From: a virus | Lineage: Duplodnaviria > Caudoviricetes | Strand: one strand, 5' to 3' | Length of the DNA: 64,000 bases | Virus record (IMG/VR): IMGVR_UViG_3300028797_000005 | Coordinates: 1-64,000 of that record | Program-made: the position numbers and the translations under genes | In this document: piece after piece, positions 1 to 8,818 of the stretch | Numbering within the stretch: the stretch's first letter is position 1 | Layout of the letters: each line of letters starts with the position of its first letter | Notes under the pieces: model-generated | Database searches by the model: none | Seen by the model: only the letters and a program-made list of their open reading frames with translations | Told to the model about the DNA's origin: nothing

Positions 1-2
1 CA

Positions 3-266
3 TCTAATGCGTTTTGCTTCCCTGTTGTGGATAGCGAGGGAAATGACCTTTATATCCGTGTAAAGGTTGAAATTCCAAAGGGTTCCAAAGACGAGCCGTT
101 TGATGGGTACGCTATGCGTGATGATTATACGCTGAAGTGCGCCGAAAAGGCGGCGAAAGCCGAAAAGGCGAAAGCCGAAAAGGCAAAGAAAATCGAGCGT
201 GACAAGAAACAGCGTGAAGTCGCCGCTCGAATCAAAGCCGAAAAGGCGAAAGCCAACGCTAAATAG
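3..266 (+). CDS. hypothetical early protein, 5'-truncated, basic Lys/Ala-rich C-terminal helix
   Basis: Frame open from window edge to TAG 264-266; followed by terminator. Confidence 0.7.
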   Translation, partial: SNAFCFPVVDSEGNDLYIRVKVEIPKGSKDEPFDGYAMRDDYTLKCAEKAAKAEKAKAEKAKKIERDKKQREVAARIKAEKAKANAK

Positions 267-286
267 CAAGCGTTGACGCTATTCAC

Positions 287-315
287 GGCGGTGCATAAAT
301 ATGCACCGCCTTTTT
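287..315 (+). terminator. intrinsic terminator
   Basis: GGCGGTGCAT-AAAT-ATGCACCGCC-TTTTT; near-identical hairpin at ~1913-1944. Confidence 0.8.
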
Positions 316-328
316 CGTGCATAAATAT

Positions 329-380
329 AATTGTCAAAATATTCTGACAATTGCGCCCGGCCGCCGTTGTCAGAAAATTC
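329..380. repeat. inter-cassette palindromic repeat, copy 1
   Basis: AATTGTCAAAATATTCTGACAATT + GC core CCCGGCCGCC + half-site TTGTCAGAAAATT. Confidence 0.85.
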
Positions 381-416
381 AAAACAATTTTAATATTCCG
401 CGTTTTAATTTTCCTA

Positions 417-444
417 TTGACTTTGCCGTTGAAAGTGCTATAAT
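417..444 (+). promoter_or_regulatory. sigmaA-type promoter
   Basis: TTGACT-N16-TATAAT with TG extension. Confidence 0.7.
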
Positions 445-533
445 AATATTGTCAAGGGGCGCGAGGAACTTACGAGGGCGCGCACTCCATGAGCGAAGCG
501 AGAAAATTTTTCAAAGAAATTTTGAAAAACCCC

Positions 534-562
534 TTGACAAGGCGACAAAAGCGTGCTATAAT
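534..562 (+). promoter_or_regulatory. consensus sigmaA promoter
   Basis: TTGACA-N17-TATAAT with TG extension. Confidence 0.9.
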
Positions 563-621
563 AAGTGCGTAAGATAAAGAGAGCCGAAAGGCAAGTCATC
601 ATTGAAAGGATAGGTGATACT

Positions 622-936
622 ATGATGAAGCAGTACGATTTTTTCACGGCAGTTGCTAATGGTATGGACGGTGAGGTCAAGGCTTACGCTGAAGCGTGGC
701 TGACCAAGCAGAACGAGAAGAGAGCCGAGAAGTCGGCCATCCACGCTGAAATTGATTCGGCGGTTCTCGGTGAACTCGCTCAGGCTACTGAGCCTGTCAC
801 GGCGTCTGAAATCACGGCGTCCATCGAGGACGAGGACATCTCCCTCGGTAAGGTCGTTGCGTCTTGCAAGCGGTTGGTCGCTTGTGGCAAAGTCGTGAAG
901 GTCGGGGCCAACCCCTCGCAGTACACGCTTGCGTAG
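622..936 (+). CDS. putative winged-helix DNA-binding protein
   Basis: ATG 622 after GAAAGGATAGGTG; PVTASEI...SLGKVVASCKRLV..GKV.K...YTLA pattern; similar to 10686..11096. Confidence 0.6.
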   Translation: MMKQYDFFTAVANGMDGEVKAYAEAWLTKQNEKRAEKSAIHAEIDSAVLGELAQATEPVTASEITASIEDEDISLGKVVASCKRLVACGKVVKVGANPSQYTLA

Positions 937-994
937 GGCGTAATTCCAACGCTTTGGGGCGGTGCGTAAACCGCCCCTTTTAATTGTAAACTTA

Positions 995-1052
995 AATTGT
1001 CAGAATATTCTGACAATTGCGCCGGCCGCCGTTGTCAGACAATTCAGAATAT
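995..1052. repeat. inter-cassette palindromic repeat, copy 2
   Basis: perfect 24-bp palindrome AATTGTCAGAATATTCTGACAATT (995-1018) + GCCGGCCGCC + half-site. Confidence 0.9.
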
Positions 1053-1072
1053 AATTATTTTTAATTTTTCGC

Positions 1073-1101
1073 TTGACAAAATATAATATCGGTGCTATAA
1101 T
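1073..1101 (+). promoter_or_regulatory. consensus sigmaA promoter
   Basis: TTGACA-N17-TATAAT with TG extension. Confidence 0.9.
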
Positions 1102-1134
1102 AAGTATACAAGTTAAGGAAAGGAGAAAATAAAC

Positions 1135-1905
1135 TTGAGAATCTTAATTTTTGACACAGAAACTATTGCTCTTGAAAAATGCTTCTGCTATAATCTCGGC
1201 TATATCGTATACGATACCGAAACGGCGGAAACCATTGAAAAACAGGACTTTGTAATCGAGCAAATTTGGCATAATGTAGCCCTTTTTGAAACCGCTTATT
1301 ATGCCACGAAAAGACCGCTTTATGTATCTGCTATGAAAGGCAAGCGTGCAAAAATGTTAAAATTTGGTCACGCTATGCGGAAAATGACAAAAGCAATTAT
1401 TGACAATGAGGTCGAATGTGCTTATGCTTATAATTCAGCCTTTGATGAAAAAGTGTTCGCTTTTAACTGCGAATGGTACAAAGTCGCAAATCCGCTTGAT
1501 TTAATTCCTGTCCACGATATTAGAGGGTGTTTCCATCACGCTTTCGCTTTCACGCAAGAGTATAAAGATTTTTGCGATAGTCACGAATTATACACCGAAA
1601 ACGGCAATTATTCAACTACCGCAGAATCCGCTTATCGCTTTCTTATGAATGATAATACATTTGAAGAAGCGCATACTGCACTTGCTGACAGCGAAATTGA
1701 ACTTGCCATTTTACTCGCTTGCTTCGACAACGGCAACGGAATCACGCTAAATCAACCCTATAAGGCTTATGCAAGCGTACCGAAAAAGTCGGGAAAATCC
1801 TTGACTATCATCGATAGAGAATTGCAAACAGAAATTTTCACTTATGATTATACAAAATCTCGCATAACTAAAAACTCGGAAGGTATGACTATCGTACTGA
1901 ATTAA
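1135..1905 (+). CDS. DEDDh 3'-5' exonuclease
   Basis: IFDTET, AYNSAFD, EAHTALADS motifs. Confidence 0.85.
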   Translation: MRILIFDTETIALEKCFCYNLGYIVYDTETAETIEKQDFVIEQIWHNVALFETAYYATKRPLYVSAMKGKRAKMLKFGHAMRKMTKAIIDNEVECAYAYNSAFDEKVFAFNCEWYKVANPLDLIPVHDIRGCFHHAFAFTQEYKDFCDSHELYTENGNYSTTAESAYRFLMNDNTFEEAHTALADSEIELAILLACFDNGNGITLNQPYKAYASVPKKSGKSLTIIDRELQTEIFTYDYTKSRITKNSEGMTIVLN

Positions 1906-1954
1906 AATGAAAGGCGGTGCATAAATATGCACCGCTGATTTTTTCTTCCGAGCC

Positions 1955-2008
1955 GTCAAAATATTCTGACAATTGCGGCCGGCCAAATTATCAGAATATT
2001 GTGTCAAT
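1955..2008. repeat. inter-cassette palindromic repeat, copy 3
   Basis: GTCAAAATATTCTGACAATT-GCGGCCGGCC-AAATTATCAGAATATT. Confidence 0.8.
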
Positions 2009-2029
2009 ACACCCAAATAAAAAACGAGG

Positions 2030-2419
2030 TCAGGCCTCGTTTTTTGCGTACCACTTAACAATATGCTTGAAAGCGTTATTAACACTAATACAAGTCACAT
2101 CCCCATCATCCCAAGGGCATCCCATAGATTCTACCTCGCCATTTTCATGCCCATAAGAACCACTATGGCAAACAAGGTCGCCGTAATTCCAAGGGAATCG
2201 AATCTGCAAGCCGTCATAAATCACATTAAGAGTGTGAGGAATATTGCGCTCAGAAAGTTTATTGGCAAGAGTTAGAATTGCATTGGCATATTCACGGTTA
2301 ATCATCATAGTATTTTCTCCTTTACTCTTCTTCAATGCTCTCAACTGTTTTACAAGAGTTACACACGCCTTTTCTTCTTCTTCTGTCAAAAGGTATCCAT
2401 TAATTTCTGCCATTTTCAT
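2030..2419 (-). CDS. hypothetical early protein (second RBS/ATG internally near 2308)
   Basis: RBS AAAGGAGA before ATG 2419; own promoter upstream. Confidence 0.75.
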   Translation of the reverse strand: MKMAEINGYLLTEEEEKACVTLVKQLRALKKSKGENTMMINREYANAILTLANKLSERNIPHTLNVIYDGLQIRFPWNYGDLVCHSGSYGHENGEVESMGCPWDDGDVTCISVNNAFKHIVKWYAKNEA

Positions 2420-2442
2420 TTCTCCTTTCCTTTGATGTATTA

Positions 2443-2471
2443 AGTATAGCACAAATCTAAATAAAAGTCAA
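2443..2471 (-). promoter_or_regulatory. sigmaA-type promoter
   Basis: TTGACT-N17-TATACT with TG extension. Confidence 0.85.
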
Positions 2472-2497
2472 GCGTTTCTTTCAAATTTTTTCGGCGA

Positions 2498-2558
2498 CGG
2501 CCGGCTAAATTGTCAGAAAATTGCGTTAATTTAACCGGGCCAAATTTTCAGAATATTT
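2498..2558. repeat. inter-cassette repeat, degenerate copy 4
   Basis: CGGCCGGCTAAATTGTCAGAAAATT...CCGGGCCAAATTTTCAGAATATT. Confidence 0.65.
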
Positions 2559-2644
2559 CAAATTTTCAAATTATTCCGCCTTCCAGATTTTACCAGCTTT
2601 CCCAAATCCGCCCTTCCAAAATTTACCAATTCCCGCGAAGCGTA

Positions 2645-3020
2645 GCAGCTGCTAAAATTTGACAAGCAGCTGCAACATACCAAGCAGCTGCAACTAAACC
2701 AGCTGGAAGGCAGCTGCAAACAGCTGCGCAGCTGTCAAATTTTTAAAATTCTCAGGCAGCTGCAAAAATCAAAACTTGACAAGCAGCTGCGTTGGAATAC
2801 CAGCTGCAAATCTTGTATACAATATACATTTTTTTTATATATATTTCCCCATTATATCATATCATAAAAAGCTGGGAATGTCAAATTTTAAAATTTTGTA
2901 TACTGTATACAAGCGCGACCGCTCGGTTAGAAAATTGCCTAGGCAGCTGTGATTGCAAGGCAGCTGGGCAGCTGCGTCGGAGGATTGCAACGACTGTGCA
3001 GAAGAAAAAACAGCTGCAAA
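2645..3020. repeat. cluster of about 14 (G)CAGCTG(C) palindromes
   Basis: counted by eye in a non-coding stretch. Confidence 0.9.
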
Positions 3021-4163
3021 CAGGCGTAGAGCGGCTCGGATTGGAGGGAAATATTTGGGGAAATGATAAAAATACCTGAGAAGGCTCTGTGAAAGGCGGG
3101 GCGCCACCCATTTTCCAACCCCTCAAAAATTTAACACAACTTTTTCAAATCATTTCAAATTAAGAACAGTTTTTCTAAATCTTTTTCAGTCTTCCATGAC
3201 CTTTCTAAACCTTTTATTCCCTCTTTCCTTTTCTTCTCCATCTCTCCATTACTTATAACTTATCCCTCAATACATCTTTCTTCTTTTAAATCCATTCCTT
3301 CCTTTAAGAAATATACTTTCAATTGCCGTCCAAATATTCCCTTAACAGCTGCATTTCCCATTAATCCAACTACAAAGAAGACCTTTTAATTAGCCCAAAA
3401 CATACATAATTTCAACGTTTTTCTTGCCGCCATTCATACCCTAAGGCGACTTTCCATAACAGCGCCAAGCTAAAGCGAATATAGTCAAACCCTGTTAAGC
3501 TACAACATCATACTGTCCAAATCATTCACATTAAAAGGTCACAAAATCGTGCTCAGCGAAGCTCGGAGAGGCGGCCGACGTTACTTACAGGTGACCTTTG
3601 CTCCGCAGCTCCGCGCCGCTTCCTTGCCATCAACCAGTATGTCTATCAGTAAACCTAGTAACCAAGTAGCAAAGCTTTTCAGGCTTACGCATCTTTAATT
3701 ACATTTCGATTCGCGCATAGCCTCGCCCGCCCTCCCGGGCGGTCTCGGGAAGCCCGACGGCCCTCCCCTAAAGCTTGGCTCGGGCAAAGCCCTCGCCGCG
3801 CTTTGGGCCCCCTCCACCTGGCTCGGAGGCCTGCCGGCCTCCTCGCAATTGGAGAGGGCTAAAAAAGCTATGGAAAAAATAAAGCATAAAAAAATTGCAA
3901 AATTTCTAGAAAATATTTTCCTAAAAAATTTCTGCAATTTATTGCAATCCCAATATTCAATTAACTGCGGCGCCTCAAATTTTCCCAAAATTTTTATTTC
4001 AATTCGACAAGGTTTCACAATTTCTACAATATTCCCTATTATATATCCCCCCTCACATCCCTATATATGTAAACTTCCCAAAACATCCCTCTATTTCCGA
4101 AAATACCAACCTTCTGAATATAAAAATAAATGCCGCGTTTGACATCGGCATTTCTAGAAAATT

Positions 4164-4508
4164 CTATGATAAGATTGCATTGGGTTCAGGGAACATTACG
4201 ACTCTCCCACAATAAAACCCAGTACCATCGCTGTTAACAGAAAGAACAGAAAAACATTCTTCCTCTGGGCCACTATCATCCTTGAAAAAGTTTTGTATCA
4301 TAGCGCCCGCGGGTCTTATTACTCCTTCCTCTTTCTCAAGTTCGTCCCATGCGGTTTCAATAAGTTTGAGCATAACAGGTATTAGCTCTTTTCTCAGTTC
4401 AATATGATTTCCAGGTTTGTTCAGTTCAACACCTACATTTATTCTCCTAGCCAAATCATACATTGCCTTCTTTTCAAAGAGCGGAATAAAATCAAAGCCG
4501 GCTTTCAT
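4164..4508 (-). CDS. hypothetical protein
   Basis: ORF track; coupled to upstream gene. Confidence 0.7.
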   Translation of the reverse strand: MKAGFDFIPLFEKKAMYDLARRINVGVELNKPGNHIELRKELIPVMLKLIETAWDELEKEEGVIRPAGAMIQNFFKDDSGPEEECFSVLSVNSDGTGFYCGRVVMFPEPNAILS

Positions 4509-4831
4509 TAATATTTCTTCACCACACAGTCGTGATCATGCGCGAGTTTTACCATGTTGGCAACTTCGGTTCCAGAAAATCTTTCAAACGGCTTAGTGCA
4601 AGCCTTGATAGCTTCTCCCAAATCCGAGATTTCTACCCCAAAGTGTTCACAATTTACGCACTTCCGCATATCTCCATAGACAGGGCAAAGCCGCACAGGA
4701 GCATTAGTTTTATAATGTAAGTCCCACTTGTCAGGTTTAATCTGTTCAAAGACTTCAGTTAAAAGGTAGCCATTCGGCAGTTCCTCGGTGATTTCAAAAA
4801 GTTCATAAAGGTTGACTTCATCTCTGGTCAT
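4508..4831 (-). CDS. hypothetical Cys-containing protein
   Basis: ORF track. Confidence 0.7.
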   Translation of the reverse strand: MTRDEVNLYELFEITEELPNGYLLTEVFEQIKPDKWDLHYKTNAPVRLCPVYGDMRKCVNCEHFGVEISDLGEAIKACTKPFERFSGTEVANMVKLAHDHDCVVKKY

Positions 4832-4854
4832 ATTTCTTACTCCTGTTCTTCATT

Positions 4855-5043
4855 TTACACCATTATAAATTCCACTTTGTCTCCATCTTTACCATATACA
4901 ACCATGCTTTTTATCTTGCGGTCTTGCATTTGGTGAATTATATCTATTGAAAAATAGTGACCAACCATGCCATAGCGTTTATAGTCCTCATACATACGAG
5001 ATATAATAGAGTCAAAGTCCATTCCTATTGCACCAGATTCCAT
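4855..5043 (-). CDS. hypothetical protein
   Basis: ORF track, operon context. Confidence 0.6.
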   Translation of the reverse strand: MESGAIGMDFDSIISRMYEDYKRYGMVGHYFSIDIIHQMQDRKIKSMVVYGKDGDKVEFIMV

Positions 5044-5051
5044 GCGCGCAC

Positions 5052-5219
5052 CTACATCATAAATTTCTCAAAAAATTTCTTATCTTCTTCCATGTGCAGT
5101 TCAAGCAAGTTCATATAATCCCGATTTAATTGGTCATATTTTTCTTGTAACGCATGACAATACACAAGTAAAACATCATAGTCATCGCACAGGCGTTTAT
5201 ATTGCTTCATTAAATCCAT
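5052..5219 (-). CDS. small coiled-coil hypothetical protein (55 aa, MDLMKQYKRL...)
   Basis: read manually; overlaps stop of upstream gene (TAATG). Confidence 0.6.
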   Translation of the reverse strand: MDLMKQYKRLCDDYDVLLVYCHALQEKYDQLNRDYMNLLELHMEEDKKFFEKFMM

Positions 5220-5482
5220 TAATCTTCTTCCTCCATGATACCTTTTACCATGTCATATGCGGTTCTTTCAAGCTGCTTATATCTGTTTCTTTCAAGTGAA
5301 TTAACACTTACAAGATGCTGCGCCCACAGGTTCAACATATCATTCTCTTTTTTTAGCTTTTGATTCTCTTCGTAGAGTTCCTCACACTTATTAGCCAAAT
5401 CAATGAGAGCCTTATCTACTTTCTCTTGTGTCATGTTAATATCCATGTCTACCACCACATCGCGGGCAAAATTTCCGACCAT
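5219..5482 (-). CDS. hypothetical coiled-coil protein (start uncertain)
   Basis: ORF track. Confidence 0.65.
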   Translation of the reverse strand: MVGNFARDVVVDMDINMTQEKVDKALIDLANKCEELYEENQKLKKENDMLNLWAQHLVSVNSLERNRYKQLERTAYDMVKGIMEEED

Positions 5483-5811
5483 AAGTACGCAGCCTCCTTT
5501 AATTTATCTAAACCAGTATCAGTCCATACCGAATCATCTTTCAAATACGCTTCAAGATCGTCAAGTATCCAAAGCATTACATCATATTGACTATACTCGA
5601 CACCTTCAATCTCAAACTTATGAAAATGTAAGTCTACCACATTTTCAGCGGCCAAGATATAGCCACGGATATGCTCATAAAGCCAAGTAGCGAAAGCATA
5701 ATCCATACTCCAAGTTTCCTCTACTCGGAAGTGATGCTTAAAAAAGAACTTCCAATCTCGCGTCGGTTTAAAAGCATTAAAGCAACAATCTTGTTTCCAA
5801 GGCATTTTCAT
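5449..5811 (-). CDS. hypothetical phage protein
   Basis: ORF track; ETWSMD...ILPAMWW pattern. Confidence 0.75.
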   Translation of the reverse strand: MKMPWKQDCCFNAFKPTRDWKFFFKHHFRVEETWSMDYAFATWLYEHIRGYILAAENVVDLHFHKFEIEGVEYSQYDVMLWILDDLEAYLKDDSVWTDTGLDKLKEAAYLWSEILPAMWW

Positions 5812-6395
5812 TACAGCACCTCAAATCCAGCATAGTCAAAGATTTCAATGCTACCATTGGCAACAGTAAAGTTACCGGTATGCACATCGTTAATGTTCAT
5901 CTTATCAAGGAAATTGACAACTCTAAGCGGCAATCTCTCTCTTACAAGGTCGCAGTCGTCAACGAACTCATTGTCAGGGTCATCGAAGTCAATGCCATCG
6001 CTGATGTAGGACATATTCTCGTCCTCGTCAACGCATACCATGTCCTGAACATAAACTACGAAATCTTCGCTTACTTTAACCTTTTCGATACCTACGAAGT
6101 AGTCAGCAACACCAGCCGCCTGTGCCGCAAGCCAGTTATCATATTCGCGCTCACAGTATTCCTTACCAGAGATGTCAAACTTATACACAAGATCATGCAG
6201 TTCGTCAAGAACAACAAGTCTGGTCGCGCCATTGCGAACCTGGTAGTCCTCGTCATAACGAGCTTCATAAGTAAAATCATCGACGGTCAGCGAAGTCAGC
6301 GTCGGCAGAACATTCTCAAAATCATAGATTTCATTCATGTGATGTAACATAAATCTGACTTCTTTTTCGTACATATCATCTATTTCCTTTCTCAT
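5811..6395 (-). CDS. protein-kinase-like fold protein
   Basis: GATRLV, VYKF, ERE, DVHTGN catalytic loop, IFDY motifs in order. Confidence 0.7.
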   Translation of the reverse strand: MRKEIDDMYEKEVRFMLHHMNEIYDFENVLPTLTSLTVDDFTYEARYDEDYQVRNGATRLVVLDELHDLVYKFDISGKEYCEREYDNWLAAQAAGVADYFVGIEKVKVSEDFVVYVQDMVCVDEDENMSYISDGIDFDDPDNEFVDDCDLVRERLPLRVVNFLDKMNINDVHTGNFTVANGSIEIFDYAGFEVL

Positions 6396-6406
6396 CTTTC
6401 ATATAT

Positions 6407-6435
6407 ATTATATAATAAAAAAGGGTAAAAATCAA
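6407..6435 (-). promoter_or_regulatory. sigmaA-type phage promoter (representative)
   Basis: TTGATT-N17-TATAAT preceded by A-tract; same design at 7915-7943, 13654-13682, 15349-15377, 16816-16844, 21559-21587, 22685-22713 and others. Confidence 0.8.
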
Positions 6436-6473
6436 ATTTTTACCCCTTAATTAAAAGTATTAATATTATAAAA

Positions 6474-6968
6474 TTATTTTTTATAGCGTTTGAGGACGGA
6501 ATAAAAATTACTAGTGGTCAAGTCTAATTCCAATTCTAGCCGTTTTTTTATTTCTTCATTTGTCATTTCATGGAAAAGTATAATTTTATCGGTACAAAAC
6601 TTAGCAGGCACCATTCCAGAAGCCGGGGCATCGGCAAGAAATTTTACATCATTAGCCATTATTTCAAATACCCGGCTACCATCTAATAATGAATAAAAGA
6701 AATGACAGTCAATAACATTTTTACAATAATGAAAACCATATCGGCAAAGGGTGAGTTCTTGTTCTGTAGTATCCAAAGTATAAACTTTGTGCATTTCATA
6801 TTTAAAACCACCTATCGCGGTCATATCTTTCGGTAACGCTTTATAACCTAAGATTGGAAGGTAACTCCCACCCATTAATAGATAATCTTCTTTCATTTCT
6901 TTTAATCTTAATTCTTCACTCAGATTTTCAGGCATATTTTCTTTAACCCACTTCCCAAATTTCATCAA
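6474..6968 (-). CDS. conserved phage protein (GYKA..FKYE..LC..GFHYC motif)
   Basis: motif recognition. Confidence 0.65.
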   Translation of the reverse strand: MMKFGKWVKENMPENLSEELRLKEMKEDYLLMGGSYLPILGYKALPKDMTAIGGFKYEMHKVYTLDTTEQELTLCRYGFHYCKNVIDCHFFYSLLDGSRVFEIMANDVKFLADAPASGMVPAKFCTDKIILFHEMTNEEIKKRLELELDLTTSNFYSVLKRYKK

Positions 6969-7437
6969 AACCTTCCGCTAATTCAGCATAAGTCATATGT
7001 TCTCCCATGTTCTTCATAACATTTTCTGGAACAATAATACCTTCTTTTCTCTCTTTATTTCTCTTAAGACACTCATCATAAGGAATTACAAAGTTTACAC
7101 CTACAGCTACAAACTCTCTAGTAAAATGCTTCTTCGCTGCATCAATAATTTCAAGGATTCTACGCCGGCGCCGCATCGTAATATTAGAAGCATCAACAAT
7201 AATGACATCAACTCTCGACTCAATGGCTTCCGCAATATCTAACGCAAACTTAGTCCTTGTCTGCTTCTCCCTTGCAAAAGGATTTTCTCCATTTCGTGCT
7301 AATGCTTTACGAATATCATCGCGATTAATGCAACGATAAGTCAATCCGTCTGTGGCGAAAAGTTCACATTGATCTTTCGCCCAAGTAGTTTTACCAGATC
7401 CGGGAAGTCCAACAAGTACATAGATATAAGTTTTCAT
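6943..7437 (-). CDS. P-loop kinase (polynucleotide-kinase-like, AAA_33)
   Basis: GLPGSGKTT, INRDDIR, IIVDASN. Confidence 0.85.
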   Translation of the reverse strand: MKTYIYVLVGLPGSGKTTWAKDQCELFATDGLTYRCINRDDIRKALARNGENPFAREKQTRTKFALDIAEAIESRVDVIIVDASNITMRRRRRILEIIDAAKKHFTREFVAVGVNFVIPYDECLKRNKERKEGIIVPENVMKNMGEHMTYAELAEGFDEIWEVG

Positions 7438-7883
7438 TATTTCTTCTCCTTATAAGGCTCAGGCTTTTCCATCCGCGCCCAAGCAATTACTCGAATACTA
7501 TTGCCGCTCGTAAGAATTTCATGTTCTACATACCATGCGCACACATTAGTATAAAAAGTACCAACGGCAACGTGCCGCCATTTTGTATCACCAGTTTCAT
7601 CTAATATAGTAACCCAATACTCATCTTCATATAATGGTATATCTTCTGGATACTTTTTCCATTCAAACTGTGGTTCCTGTGGTTCCTTCTTGAATATCTG
7701 TAGCGGCGCCTCTTGTATCTTCTTGACTATTCGGTCAATCGACTCATCGGACAGCTCTACAGTTTGAACTACTTTCCATTTAACAGGCTCATATGGCATA
7801 GTTATTGTCTTATTCTTTGGAGTAGTTATTGTTTCTAAGTCCAACCGCCAAGCCATTTGGTCCTCATCATAATATGTCTTCAT
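7437..7883 (-). CDS. DUF551-like phage protein
   Basis: C-terminal VIAWARMEKPEPY. Confidence 0.55.
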   Translation of the reverse strand: MKTYYDEDQMAWRLDLETITTPKNKTITMPYEPVKWKVVQTVELSDESIDRIVKKIQEAPLQIFKKEPQEPQFEWKKYPEDIPLYEDEYWVTILDETGDTKWRHVAVGTFYTNVCAWYVEHEILTSGNSIRVIAWARMEKPEPYKEKK

Positions 7884-7969
7884 TTGTTACCTCATTCTTT
7901 CACTTCCTATAAATAGTATACCACTTTTTTCCTGTATTTTCAAATTTTAAAAAAAGAGTAGGGCGAACC

Positions 7970-8809
7970 CTACTCTTCATTATCTAAAAGATCTGCTAGT
8001 GATGCGGCTTTAGAGCGAACGCTCTGAGTTAAATGTACATGACCGAATAGCTCTTGGCCAGTTAATACTTCTATCATTCTTATTAAGCCGCTGTCTTTCT
8101 CGAATATTTCCTTATCTGCCTGTCTCCAGTCACCATTCATCCACAGCTGCGAGCCTTCCGCAAGGCGGCTGATAAGAACCTGACACAGTTTTGTAGTCAA
8201 GTTTTCTGCTTCAGATACATAAATAAGCGAGTGCTTAATATCTCTACCCCTCATGTATCCCAAATGCGCGACCTCAATTTGATTCTTGTCAATAAAATGC
8301 TGAAGCCCTTCCATGCCGCCAAGGTGGTCAGCAAGTGGCATAGCAAAGTTTATTATCTTATCTTGAACATCACCTGGCAAGGCGCCTAATTTCTCAACGC
8401 CTTTGACCTCAATATTATTTCTTACCCAAATAAGTTTATCGAAGTCACCTTTATCCAGCCTTGATATCGCTTCATTAATCATCAAGTAATCCTTGCCGGT
8501 TCCGAACGATCCAGACAATACCTTAATCTGACTCCGCTCATCCTGAAGCATATCAATAGCTAGTTCTTGCTCTAAGTTCTTTGGCTTAATAATACCTTGC
8601 CAATGATTTTCAATTGTTTTCCAAGTTAGTTTCTTTAATTCTTTTTCTTGATAAACATATTTATCAATTATTTTCCCATTTTTGTCAGCCAGTAGAACAT
8701 ATTGATTTTCATACATATGCGGCATCCCGAAATCGCCTTGATAGAAACGGGCAATTTCTTCATCAGTTAAAGTAAAAGTATAATAACCAAGATGTTGTGA
8801 GTCTAACAT
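7970..8809 (-). CDS. phoH: PhoH-family ATPase
   Basis: PKNLEQ, GSFGTGK, LGALPGD, YMRGR, EAENL, GDWRQAD. Confidence 0.9.
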   Translation of the reverse strand: MLDSQHLGYYTFTLTDEEIARFYQGDFGMPHMYENQYVLLADKNGKIIDKYVYQEKELKKLTWKTIENHWQGIIKPKNLEQELAIDMLQDERSQIKVLSGSFGTGKDYLMINEAISRLDKGDFDKLIWVRNNIEVKGVEKLGALPGDVQDKIINFAMPLADHLGGMEGLQHFIDKNQIEVAHLGYMRGRDIKHSLIYVSEAENLTTKLCQVLISRLAEGSQLWMNGDWRQADKEIFEKDSGLIRMIEVLTGQELFGHVHLTQSVRSKAASLADLLDNEE

Positions 8810-8818
8810 AAATTACTC

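Noticed and set aside
287-3020. CRISPR array
   Set aside because: Repeats are degenerate and separated by whole genes or irregular short gaps; no constant repeat-spacer period and no cas genes.
2792-4142. ORFs in the 2.5-4.2 kb region
   Set aside because: No convincing RBS, low-complexity translations driven by repeats; treated as non-coding.
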